From assembly GCF_018350175.1 (NCBI RefSeq), contig NC_058383.1, positions 30,878,001-30,942,000 on the forward strand: DNA of 64,000 nt. The letters run 5' to 3'. Position numbers and translations under genes: made by a program. Shown piece after piece: positions 1 through 11,390 of the stretch (position 1 is the stretch's first letter; each line of letters opens with the position of its first letter). The notes under the pieces are model-generated. The model had not been told where the DNA came from, ran no database searches, and saw only the letters and a list, made by a program, of their open reading frames with translations. Source of the DNA: Felis catus (lineage: Eukaryota).

Positions 1-345
1 CAGTGTCATCTCGAGGGTCCGATAAGAGGGAGAGGAGTCAGAAAAGGTACTATGTGAGGTACTACACAGAGATACTATACGACAGAAAATGAGGTCAGCG
101 TTGCAAGGTTGCTGGCTTTGAAGACACAGGAGGCCTTGAGCTGAGGAATGCGGACAGGCTCCAGAAGCTAAAAAAGGAAAGGACTGTCCTCTGGAGCCTC
201 CAGGAACAACCAGCCCCACTGACTCCTTGATTTCAGCCCCAGGAGATGGATTCTGGACCTAACCTCCAGAAGTGTAAGAAAATACATCTGTGTTTTTTAG
301 ACCCCTAAACAGGGGCCACGTTCGCACGGCAGCCACGGGAGGCAA
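1..345 (+). mobile_element. MaLR LTR fragment (MLT1-type)
   Basis: gctggctttgaaga...ccagaagct...ctggagcctccagg...ccttgatttcagccc...cctccagaagtgtaagaaaatacatctgtgtttt resembles the MLT1 3' half. Confidence 0.8.
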
Positions 346-1069
346 AAAGAATGCGACGCATCTCGCCCCCTGAACGTCTCTGGTTCAGCCTTGTCCTAAT
401 TTCCCTTAGTGAGACACAGACAGGCCGAGCTCCCCGAGGGTCATGGAGCGGCTGCTATAGCAGAAGGCTTCCTGCAAATGACACTATCTTATCACGATAA
501 TAAGCTGCTTACACAGAATTCTGTTTTATGACGTTCTCAGGCGTTCTGGATGGGTCCCAAGATTTGTATGAGCCTGCAAGTCATTAGATTAAACCAGTAT
601 ATAATTTTTCCCCCTTTTCATAAGAATTATTGTCCTCCTTGCTCTGCATAAGTGTAGAATTTCTAAGCCTTCTGTTTTTATGGGCTCAACTTCACTTACC
701 TTCAGGAAAATAATGGAATGGCACATTTATTCTAGGCCTCAGATAAACTTGCTTTATAACTGTTTAAATTAAGATCTAACAGACCCTGACATGATAGGAT
801 TTCTAATCTAAAAGCAAAGAAATCCATGAACACGTAAACATCATAGACAGTAACAGTATTCCCAGCAGAATTCCCAAGTGTTCATCCTGGTTATCGAAAC
901 TTTTGCTCTGGTTTTCTGGGAGACAAACGTCCAAGGAAAACTCTAGCAAGGTGGCCCTTCAAGAGAGAAACTAGGAAATTCATCACACACAGGATCTGCC
1001 ACACGACTCTGTCAGTGCGACAGCATCGTGGTTCTTTCGCTTGCTGAGGCATCACCACCACACAGCTCT

Positions 1070-1242
1070 AAACCCAGATTTCTGGGCCCCAGCCCAGAGC
1101 TGGTATTTCAGTAGGTCTGGGGTGGGGCCTGGGAATTGGTATTTCTTTTTTTTTTTAATGTTTATTTATTTTTCGGAGCAAGTGAGCAAACCAAGGGCAG
1201 ACAAGGGGAGGAGAGGGGAGGGGAGGGAGGGAGGGGGAGGGG

Positions 1243-1300
<58 letters not shown>

Positions 1301-1502
1301 GAGGAGAAAGAATCCCAAGGAGGCTCTGTGCGGTTAGTGCAGAGCCCAAAGTGGGGCTTGACCCTACAAACCTCGAGATCCTGAGCCAAAATCAAGAGTT
1401 GGACTCTTAACCAAATGAGCCAGGCACCGGAAGGAATCGGTATTTCTAACGAGTTGCCGGGTGATGCTGATGGTCAGGGGCCACTCTCTGAGAACCACGG
1501 TA
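1070..1502. mobile_element. MER5A-like hAT MITE split by a SINE
   Basis: cagatttctgggcccc...tcagtaggtctggggtggggcctgggaa on the left; tctaacgagttgccgggtgatgctgatg...ctctgagaaccac on the right. Confidence 0.7.
1147..1430 (-). mobile_element. CanSINE with expanded (GA)n/(GACA)n tract
   Basis: Poly-T, (GA)n and SINE head in reverse orientation. TSD ggaattggtatttct (1132-1146) / ggaatcggtatttct (1433-1447). Confidence 0.92.
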
Positions 1503-2147
1503 GGAGAGGGGTGCCTCGTGCAAGGCCCAGTTTCTCACCTGTCCTCATGAGGGTCATGATCTTACCTCCTCTGGCTCAACTGTCCCTGCCCAGCTCGTCA
1601 CTATCCTGCGATTGCACAAGTGTCCCCGTCCCCTATCAGACACGAAGCCAGGCGTTCTCCAGTGCGGCTGCGTACTGCAGCCCTCCATGCCCCTGCCTCA
1701 CTTCACTGGGAGTGAGGGACTAAAGTCTTAGGAGCTTTTAAAGGTACTCATGGGATTCCGAGTGTGGCCCAGACGGAGGAGTGCCGCTCTAAGCAAACGT
1801 GAAGGACGACAAAATGACACCAGTGGCCTAAGTGGGCGACGCGAGGCCTCCCGACAAGGCCCGGGCCCGTCTTCCCCGCCGTGACATGTGATGATGCTCG
1901 GGAGACACTTCTGCACCAACGAGCACTCATCGGCTGGCAGGCCGTGGAGGGCTAGCACCTCCTTTCTCCAGGGTGCCTGGATGAACCCCCAGAAACACAT
2001 GACGTCATTAAATCACTAACCTTCACAAGGAAAACAACCCTATACCGACACAAGTATTTGGGAAGTAACCCCACCCACATTCATGAGTCCAAGTAACTAA
2101 CCTGACAACTACGGATAAAAGCCAGAAAACATCTTTTTGGTCAAGAA

Positions 2148-2368
2148 CAGGCATCAGAAAACAGACCCATCAGCTAAATCGAGCTGCCACCTTATGAATG
2201 AAGTTTTATCGGCACTCGGCCACGCCCATCCAGGTCAGAACAGCCTGTGGCTGCTTTCACACTCCAGTGGCACAGCTGAGTATTTTCAGCTAAGGGAGTA
2301 TGGTCTGCGAAGCCAAAACCAATTCCTCTCTGGCCCTTTAGCGGAACATGCTTGCTGACCCCTGTCCT
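2148..2368. mobile_element. MER58-like hAT MITE
   Basis: aagttttatcggcactcggccacgcccat...gtggctgctttcacact...tctggccctttagcggaacatgcttgctgacccctg. Confidence 0.75.
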
Positions 2369-2567
2369 AGAGAAGCAAGAGGGCGTGCACAAACAAAACA
2401 TGACGTGCTGTGGAATTAAAGGTGTTTTCTCTGTCCCTGTTTCTTCTTCTATGTGCCAACCTCCGAGACCTGTGTCTAGAGGGGCACGTGCGTGTAGATC
2501 AGGCCCTGGGGTGATCACCGGGGTGATCAGGCACCGGGGTGTCCCCGGTTCCCCGTGGCGACAGTAC

Positions 2568-2708
2568 CTTGTTTCCAATGGCCTTCTTGGGTGGGAAACT
2601 GTAGCCCCTCACTTGAGGGTACTTGTTCTGTAACTTGTGGTGCAAAGCCCTGAACTCCGTGTACCGCCGATACACGTTCCACTCATCGTCTTTTATCCGG
2701 ATGTAGAC
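2568..2708 (-). CDS. SNX29: SNX29 coding exon (141 bp, phase 0/0), PX domain
   Basis: Minus strand reads ctttctccgcAG|GTCTACATC...AACAAG|GTactg. Translates to VYIRIKDDEWNVYRRYTEFRALHHKLQNKYPQVRGYSFPPKKAIGNK, with the PX-domain RRY motif and FPPKK loop; matches the recalled SNX29 C-terminal region. Confidence 0.96.
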
Positions 2709-3049
2709 CTGCGGAGAAAGGCACACAGAAGAAAAATGTCAACCTCTCTTAAAGCTCTCGTTACAAAGGGGTGGGGTTTCGGGGATGCTCCACCCATGAA
2801 AGCCAGCTCTGCGAGAAGCAGGGGCCGCGGCCGTCCCTCCGGCCACTGGACGCCCAGAGCCTGGCAGAGGAGGGCCTCAGTGGTACCACGTCAACAAAGG
2901 GGTCCACAAAAGAACAAAGCAGGCAGGTGACGGGAACAACACGCCGTGTACCAGTTCCCAGTATCAGCAGAGGTGAACAGTCCAGCTGATCTCTGAGATG
3001 GTCACATGCATGCTGTGGCGGTGACTGCTGCTGAGAATCCAACTCCCCC

Positions 3050-3600
3050 CAGGCAACACATGTCATCATCTATGAGGTGGAACTGACTAACAGCACCTCC
3101 TCCCAAGGAGCATTCGGACACACAGGCAGGGCAGCTATGCCTGGGATGGTGTAGACCCCCACAAAGAGGAGGGGGAAGCCAATCTGGGGCGGGAGGGAGG
3201 GAGGGGCCAGAGGTGACATCAACCCAACTGGACGGAAGGTCACGTCCAGAGGGGACAGGCACACTGGGAGCGTAAAACTTCTTTATTTTCGATCAAGATG
3301 GGACTCTCAAGAGAACATTCTGGGGGGTACACAATGTAAGGGCTGTTTCTTCAGCTTTTGATAGACCGTAACACCTTCCAGGGACACACACTAACCACAT
3401 CTCGAGGGAAAACTGAAGCGGGAGAGGGAACGATGCATTTAAAAATATTACACAAGAACAGCCCAGAGAGCAAAGTTCCCAATGATAAATGGCTACTGTG
3501 ACCGGTCATCAGCGAACATCAATACGCGTCTCAAAAACCTCTCGTGTAACGATAAACACAGGTATCCCTCATGTGAGCGACAGATTCCACCTCTACATGG
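3050..3600 (+). repeat. Local direct duplication, copy A (copy B at ~6131-6700)
   Basis: Colinear similarity throughout; 37 bp identical block at 3323-3359 = 6429-6465. Confidence 0.9.
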
Positions 3601-3739
3601 AAACCACCCAGTATTCCCAAATCAGACACGATACATCGGAACTTTGGTTAAGACAACCATCGAGGCCTCTTGTAATCCTCTTGTGAACAAGATGGACGAA
3701 CGATTTAAACCAAAGAACTTCAACTAATGGACCCAAGTT

Positions 3740-4175
3740 TCCAGTGCAATCAGAGAAACGGAGGTCTATCAAATTCATTAGAAGCCCCCAAGCTAAGAGA
3801 GGCAGTAAATACACTGAGTGGCAAACAAGGTGGTCTCCACTGGCCTGAGGGATGAGTCTAATCCAATGTGCTGAAATTCAAAAAGATCAATGTCGGGTTG
3901 TACGCTAAAACTCCAAAAACCATCACCATACGTAAAAGGGAAATAGGGCACAGGAGCGGCCTGTGGGACAAAGACTTACAGGTTTCGGTAAATTTGAGCT
4001 AAGTAAATAATGTGGGAGGGCCACCAAAAAACCTACGTAATCTTTAGGCCTCATTAAAAAAGGTGTGTGCTAACTTCTGGGATAAGCGACTTGAGAGTCT
4101 TGCTCTGTTCTAAATCGACCACAGCAACTTAGTTAGGTTTTGGCTGCCACCTATTAAAAGATGAACTATGTTCAG
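3740..4175 (+). mobile_element. Ancient CR1/L3 LINE fragment
   Basis: aaattcattagaagcccccaagct...ctgaaattcaaaaagatcaatgt...aaagacttacaggttt...gccaccaaaaaacctacgtaatctttaggcctcattaa resembles the CR1 RT 3' region. Confidence 0.65.
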
Positions 4176-4809
4176 AAAGGCCCAGGTCACTTGCTGCAAG
4201 GGCCGTCCGTGGGCCGGGAGCATTGACATCACGTGGGAGATGTCAGGAATGGAGCGTCTCGGGCTCCACCCCAGATGCGCTGCTCGGAACTAGAACCCAG
4301 GCGGATCACACCACACACTGACTCTGAGAAGCACGGGCCCCAGGAGAGGATCTGCAGCCAAATTATAAGAAGACAAGCAGTGGAGGGCGACAACCCAAGC
4401 CTCAGTGGAGGGGGCAGAGGTCTCAAAATTCCTGGGAAGGCTATACGGAGAAAGAGGAAACCCAGGATGATGTGCTCTGGATGCTCACAACTGTGAGCAG
4501 GTACCACCTGGAGGAAGACAGATTCCATAGGGACAAAAAGCTGCCGAGAGGAAAGGCTTCTTGGGACTGAAGGTCCCCGCAGTGGTATGACGGTTACCCC
4601 GATTAGCCAGGTGTTTGATTTGTAGAAGTAAAGTATACATGAGACCCAAAAGTACCTGCAAGGGCCTGGCTAGTTGGGGGAGAAAAGGGACTTCAGGCTC
4701 TCCCAGTCTCTATAAGCTGAGACATGATGAATCCGCAAATAAACCCAGCAGAGCTCAGGGGAATTTCACACAGCACATTTAGGGCATTTGCTGGGTCCCC
4801 TCAGGTCCC

Positions 4810-5270
4810 AGCAAGTGCTAGTTGCCCACTCAGCATCCATTTCCCCTTACTATTTGGGGGGATAGCAACGTGTTCAGGGAGACTTAACTACATTTTTCTG
4901 TCTGCCTCGCAGGTAAGAGTAGCTAATGAGATGTAAGCAAAAATCACTGGGGCTTCTAAGAAAGTCCTTAGGAGAGATCTGCCTCAGCCTACGGTGCCTT
5001 CTTACCTTTCTCCCTCTCTTTTTCTTTCTTTCCTACAGATGTGATGACTGGAGCTCCAGGAGTCATTTTACGATCACGAGATCATCTTGATTATGGTAGA
5101 AGACAGAAGGGCTTGTGGGGTCTCTGATGACACTATGGAGCCACGACGCCAATTACTAGACTATCTACTCGATTTTTTTTTTTTAACAAAAGAGAAATAT
5201 TCACCTTGAATTTACTCAAGCTTAATGTTTTACAGGTCTTTGTCCTGGTGGCTGAATGCAGTTCCAATCT
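4810..5270 (+). mobile_element. Old MaLR LTR (MLT1H/J-like)
   Basis: gctaatgagatgtaagcaaaa...gatgtgatgactggagctccaggagtcatttt...gtctctgatgacactatggagcc. Confidence 0.65.
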
Positions 5271-5388
5271 GCCACATCTCAAATGGACTGTATCTGCTTG
5301 CATATTGTTACACAGATGCAGGTATCCCCTGGAGAGCGTCAAGTTCAGCTACTTGCCTGATCATCATGCACAAGGTTAATTATCTAGA

Positions 5389-5576
5389 GCAGGAGAGGCA
5401 AACTATGGCCCATGAGCCAAATCCAGCCACATCCATTTGTTTACCTATTGTTTATGGCTGCTTTTGAAATACAATGGCAGAACGGAATGGTTCCAACAAA
5501 GACCATATGGCCTGCAAAGCTGAAAATACTTATTTACAAAAACACTTTACAAAAAACACTTTGTCCTCCCTCTGAT
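5389..5576. mobile_element. MER58A-like MITE
   Basis: ggcaaactatggcccatgagccaaatccagcc...gaccatatggcctgcaaagctgaaaatactta. Confidence 0.8.
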
Positions 5577-5744
5577 CTAGATAGTCAGCACTCATTGTTG
5601 TTATTTTTCCACTGACACAGCCAAGATCTGGTGTGGAAAGGGGCAGGGCTTTCCAAATATTACCAGCCCCTGGGTGGGATGTATTACCCATCTGGGACCC
5701 AGGAATCTGTAGTGTTCCAAAGCTTCCCTAGTGATTCTGATGTG

Positions 5745-6084
5745 TAGATGGTCTGGATGCTTGTGTCCCCCCAGAATTCACATGTTGAGATGCTAACCCC
5801 TGATGTGATGGTGTCAGGAGGTGGGGGCCTTTTCGAGGTGATTAGGTCATGAGGGTAGAACCCTCAAAAACAGGATCAGTGCCCTAAAAACAGAGATCCC
5901 CCAATAGAGATCCCTCACCCCTCCTGCCATGGGAGAAGATGCTATCTATGATCCAGAGAGTGGGTTCTCACCAGACACCAAACCTACTTAATGCCTTGAC
6001 CTTGGACTCCCCAGCATCCAGACCATGAGGAATAAAGGTTGTCTAAGGCCCTCAAGTCTACAGTAGACTGAATGGACTAAGGCA
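5745..6084 (+). mobile_element. MLT1A-like MaLR LTR inserted into a MER5-like element
   Basis: tgtgtccccccagaattcacatgttgagat...gtgattaggtcatgagggtagaaccctc...ccttgaccttggactccccagcatccagacc...gaatggactaaggca. Confidence 0.85.
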
Positions 6085-6130
6085 GCAGGCAATTTGGGTA
6101 ACCCCTGAGGTCAAGCACAGACTTAGGTAT

Positions 6131-6700
6131 CAGGCAAAGCATGTCTCCTCTCTATGGGTCTCCCCATCTATAAAATGGAATTTACCAAAATTTACCAACA
6201 GCACCTCCTCCCAGGAGTGTGGGGAATACTTGGACACACAAGCAGTGCAGCTATGCCCGGGATCGCGTCGACCCCCACACAGAGGAGGTGGAAACCAATC
6301 TGGGGCAGGAAGGAGAGGCCAGAGTTGACATCAGCTCAGCTGGATGGATGGTCACGTCCAGATGGGATAGGCACCACGGGGGCATAAAATTTATTTGCAT
6401 CAGAATGGGACTCTCAAGAGGACATTCTGGGGGTACACAATGTAAGGGCTGTTTCTTCAGCTTTTTACGGGCCTTAACACCTTCCAGAAACACAGCAACT
6501 ACACTGGAAGGGAAAACAGTAGGAGAGAGATTAACGCATTTTAAAAAATTACATGAGCTAAGAAGAGCCTAGAGTAAAATCTCCAGTGACAAACAGCTAG
6601 TATCATTTGCAAGCAGTCAACATCAACGCACATCTTGAAAACCTCTAACGTAATGATGAAAACAGGCATCTGTAGCATGAAGGACAAAGTGTGACTCTAT
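6131..6700 (+). repeat. Local direct duplication, copy B
   Basis: Colinear with 3050-3600. Confidence 0.9.
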
Positions 6701-6799
6701 GTTTTTCAGAACACGTTCAAGAGCCAACTGCTTCATACCATGGAAATGTTGAGTCCCTCCCGTTTCTCCGATGGCCCCTTCTTGGCCTTCCACACGGAT

Positions 6800-7200
6800 G
6801 CCTCCTCTTCTGCCCATGCCACAGGTGGAGATTTTCGCTCACCACCCTCTCTCCCCTACAAGAGCACCCAACTCTCTGGTTTGCACATTTCACGTTTAGG
6901 TCAAATCTGCGTCTCTCGTTTAGACTTCTGCTATCAATTCCAGGCCCAGACGTGGTCAAACTCATCACGTCTACATCTGATCCCCCGATCTGCACTGGAG
7001 ATCCGCTCCTCCCTCTTCCTGGGATCTCGCTCTCTCAGTGAATGGACCACTCGGCTGCCGGAGTTAGAAACCTGGGCATCACCTTTGACCACTTCTGTTC
7101 TTTCACCCACATGTTCAAGTACTGAACAACAAGGCCTACTGACCCACCCTGGAGTTGTCCCTTCCTCTGCCTGGGCCACTGTGAGAGGCCGCTGGGTAGT
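6800..7200 (+). mobile_element. Degraded L2 fragment
   Basis: caaactcatc...tctcagtgaatggaccact...gttagaaacctgggcatcacctttgac resembles the L2 3' region. Confidence 0.55.
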
Positions 7201-10084
7201 GTTCTGGCCATGCATTTTCCCCTATGCGATTCGTTTTCATCTTGCTGTTCACACTCCTTCAGCGACTGTCCATGAGGGATGTCTGCGAGCCAAAGACAGG
7301 TCCAGAGCAGGTACGGTGGGCGGCCTCTCTGGGCTTACACGGCTCCTGCTTAACCACACCGTCCTCCTTCACACTCCACCACAGGCTGTGGCAAAGCAGG
7401 ATGGTGCCAGTTTGCCTGCATTCTTTAAAACGTTAAAAAAAATGTTCGGATTAAAGGAAATGCCCTGACCTTCCAACCTTCCCTTGGTAGTATCTCCTGC
7501 CAGGGTGACAGGAGGCATTCAACAAAAAACCCATGAATGTCTCTGTGCCCTGCTTCCTCCCTGAGCAATGAAGATGGTAACATTACCACCCTTGCTGGGT
7601 CTTAGGAGATTTAAATATGTTCACACACGTAATAGGCTTAGAACAGAACCTGATACACAGAAGGTGCCAGGTGAGTGTTCGATAAACAAACAAAAATGTA
7701 AACTTATTGGTGAGGTCGCCACCAGGAAATGACAGAGATCTGGATTTTGGAAGTCTCTGACCTTGCAATCAGCGTTAACATGAATACCCCCCTCGTAGTC
7801 CGACTGACGGAGACTGGGCTGCAGTGAGACATCAGCCAATCTGAGCCTGGCCCAGAAACTACAGCGGCCTCCCAGAAGTTCCGTACCTCCTCCCCCCACC
7901 CGAAAATGGTTCCTTTCCGGGTCTCGGTTTACTCATCTGAGAAGCGGGTATCATCATCATAATAAAAAGATGCCTAAAAGCAAGCATAACAGCGCCTGGC
8001 GTCCACAAGTGTTAACTACGGCTGCTGTCATTGTCGTTGTCGTCACCATCAAAAGCATGACATTCTGCAAACTTTAAGAAGCACTGCTGTTGAAGTCAAC
8101 ACCTGTCTTGGCTTTATGCTCTCTACTGTAAGGTTTTTGCTCAGTAAATAACTGCATAGATTACCACTAAGTCTTAGACCTGGGGCTTAGAACAAAGTAT
8201 TCTGTGGGTCACTGAAAATTTTAAATAGAAACACAAATCAGAGTGCTCCTGCCCTAAAGAGCTCCACAAATACACAATGCAAAATCTATTTCCTGGGAGT
8301 ACAAGTGAGACCACATGTGGCCCCTCCTGGCCATCGTGTGCACTCCTGGAGCATCCCTGCTTCTTCTGGGCCTTGTTTCCCAGTGCGCAAAGTGCGGGGG
8401 TGGGACTTACTTTACAGTCCTCAAGTTCCTACCCTCTGAGTCCTCAGGTGATTTACAAACTCCATGTACTTCGACGGGCCTCTCCCCAGCCACATCCCAC
8501 AGCCACCTCACGCTGGGGACCAAGGGCTTCTGAGAACCAGGCAGGGGCCCTGACCTGAGCTTGACTTAGGACGATCTCATACTCAAGGGAAAGGCCAATG
8601 CACAACTATCCTTGGAGCCTCTTTCTTCAAAGCTCAATTGTCTGAGACTCACCCCACCAAGCCCAGAGTGTGCTGCCTGGGAACACTGGGCACCGAGAAC
8701 AGACAATCACCAGAGAACCACCTGCGGAGGGGGTTCTAGATGCTTCTGTCAAGACTGGTGACTGTCCTCACCTCTGCCTCTGCCAGCATTAGGCAAAGGT
8801 GAAAAATGGCCAATGGGTACTTTCAGCACCACCTTTATGATCTGGAGGCCACCGGGTAGCGAGGGGAGAGGAGACAATCACCCACTCTCAGTTTCTGCTG
8901 TCTGGACGCTGGTCAAATCCTAACCTCCTCAGTTGGCAGGCAAAGTTAGGAAGCTCCAGGAGAAAGTGAGCAAGAGTGGAGCTGCCCACCGCCAGACCCA
9001 AGGGAGTAAACTATTTTTCGGAGCTCCAATAAAACATAATTATCTTCAACACTCCCACTTGGCTTGCCGTTTACGAAGCACCTACTGTGTGGCAGGTACG
9101 ATGCCGGGCACTCCCTCTGCCTCACCTGCCGTCCTCATCTCAATCTGCAAGGCAGAAGGTGCGACCGTGCCGCCTTCTACAGATAGGGTCATGGACTCCA
9201 AGGCAGATGTCACTTGCCCTGGGAGATGGGGAGATACAGGATCTGGACTGGGTCTGCCTGACGCTAAGGCCTGGCATCTTCTATTGTAGCACGTTGCTGC
9301 GGTACTCAAGGCCCTTGAAGATCCAAGAACCCCAAGCCAGTAGGGCTGGCAGCTGGGAAGAGCAGCTGGCAACGAAGGTCCCTGCTCGATACCTCTGGGG
9401 CCCAAATGCCCCTTTTGTGGGCAGATCACACATCCTCAACAGCAATGCTCTTAGCATCCACAACTGGGAAACTTTCTCTGTAAATTAAGTTGTCCTTGAA
9501 TTACACTTAACCAAATTGTGCATTTATTTCACTGAAGAATTAAAAGCGCTCATGTCCAAAATCATTGGGATTTTAATTTTTATTTTAAGGGCTCCCCGCT
9601 CCGAATTAAGTTTGATAAGTCTCAATTCCTTCTGCTTCAGCTGTAAAGATAATTCCTTGGAGGAATAACAAGAATTGACCTCTTCCAGCAAAAGCAAGTT
9701 CCCTTTTAAAACAAGCAATAAAAAGCTACTTCAAGTCCAATCTCCTCCACTCAGCAGAAGCCAATAAAATAGGAGGGTAATATCTGTGATCAGGAATCAG
9801 GGCAAATGGTCTCTTCTCTGTTTTAAGAGGAAGTTTGAATCTTGAGGTTTCTCTTCCAGTGGGAAGAATGACCCTAGCGATGCCTGTAATAATGGGGGAT
9901 AAGGAGAGGTGGGGAGGGGGGAACCGCAGTCCCTCAATGAACTGAATCCAAAAAAATGCCTGTGTACACAGGGCCTCCTGAAACACTTTTTCTTGAGATT
10001 AGCAACATGTGATGGAGCAGTGCTCTCTTCCCGCTCTGTGCCCCTCTCAGCAGTCAATGCCACTTGGCTTCTCTGTTGGGCACC

Positions 10085-10640
10085 CTTCACCCTCTGGTTT
10101 CTTCACCTAGTTTTAAACTTCATCTAAATGGACTCATACAGAGTGTATTCCTTTGTGTCTGGTTCCTTTCGCTCCAGACTGTGTTGGGGGGATACCTCCC
10201 TGCTATGGTGCCCGGCACCCTTGTGTTCTCGTTCGTTGCCATCGAGGACGTTCTGCTGTAGGAACACACCCCGGTTTGTTGACCTGCTCTGCTGGAATGG
10301 GCATTCGAGTCGATCCCAGGGAGGCTGTTGTAGGTGAGGCAGTTACGGGCATTCACGCGCCTGTCTTCTACACTCATATCTCGTGGGATCATAGGTCTCA
10401 ATGTGAAAGGTAAAATTGTAGAACTATGGGGAGAGGACATATGAGAGTATCTTTATGACCTTCAGGGTAGGAGAGGTTTCTTACACAGAGCCCCCACAAA
10501 GGCATGAAGAACCTTCTGGGTACTGGAAATGGCCTGTATCTCCATGCAGTAGTTACACAGATATGTAGAGAAGTTAAGATTAACTGAACGATACACTTAC
10601 GGCGTGTACACCTGATTTTATAGTAAACCTGAATTTAAAA
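10085..10640. mobile_element. Old L1M fragments (minus ~10085-10390, plus ~10390-10640)
   Basis: aaatggactcatacagagtgtattcctttgtgtctggttccttt; aatgtgaaaggtaaaattgtagaactat...tatctttatgaccttcagggtagg. Confidence 0.7.
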
Positions 10641-10920
10641 CCAAAGCTTCCCCCCCCTCAAAAGCCAGGTCTTCAGTATTCTCAGGAGATTGAGTTTTTA
10701 CCCTAATTTGTGTTCTCAGCAGGTTGTGAAGAGACTGTAGGAGGCGGGTGTCCACGAGGACCTGACATGCAACCAGATGTCAGAATCGGGAGATGGGGAC
10801 CCGGGACCAGATCCAGGCCTAAGGCAGATGTGGGTTTGAATTCCAGCCCCACGTCTTGCTAGCCAGGTGACCCTGGGTAAGTTAACTCACCTCTTCAAGC
10901 CTCGATTATACATGGAGGGT

Positions 10921-11025
10921 CATATACACACACACATACACGCACACGTACGTATACAGGCATGTATACATATACATATATACACACACGTATGTATAAT
11001 GTACACATATTCATTACAGTATATA
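10921..11025. repeat. Degenerate (CA)n/(TA)n microsatellite
   Basis: catatacacacacacatacacgcacacgtacgtatac... Confidence 0.85.
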
Positions 11026-11164
11026 TAAAGGAGGACTAGGGAAGAGGGAGAATGAAGATTTAAAAACTTTTCAGGGGACTCAAGTTCCAGGTCTACTTTA
11101 AGGGTCTGCCAAGCAGAGGCCCTGTTGGGTCTTAGCCACACCTGAGGCCTCCTCTGCTAGAGGC

Positions 11165-11390
11165 AGAATGACAAGCAAAGGGCATGGGCTGGGCACGGAG
11201 AGGGGCCTGGGTTCAAAATCCAGCTGTTCCCTTTGCTAGCTGTGACCATGAAGGTGATACTCCACCTCAAGACTCAGCTTCTCCATCTGCAAAATGGGGA
11301 CAATAGCAATTGTGTTGGGGCGTTGTGAGATGCTGAGCCTGGCCTGTGCCTGGCAGGCAGTAAGCAGTGGCAGCTGTTAATACTCTAACA
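11165..11390 (+). mobile_element. MIR
   Basis: cctgggttcaaaatccagct...ctagctgtgacc...ctcagcttctccatctgcaaaatgggg core. Confidence 0.8.

Noticed and set aside
1041..1395. ORFs with ERER or SLSL repeats, and similar ORFs at 18262-19097, 54902, 58645 and 60440
   Set aside because: They are translations of CanSINE bodies and their (GA)n tracts.
6740..7468. Longest ORF in the track (242 aa, plus strand)
   Set aside because: Overlaps a degraded L2, has Ser/Leu/Pro-rich composition, no recognisable domain and no exon structure.
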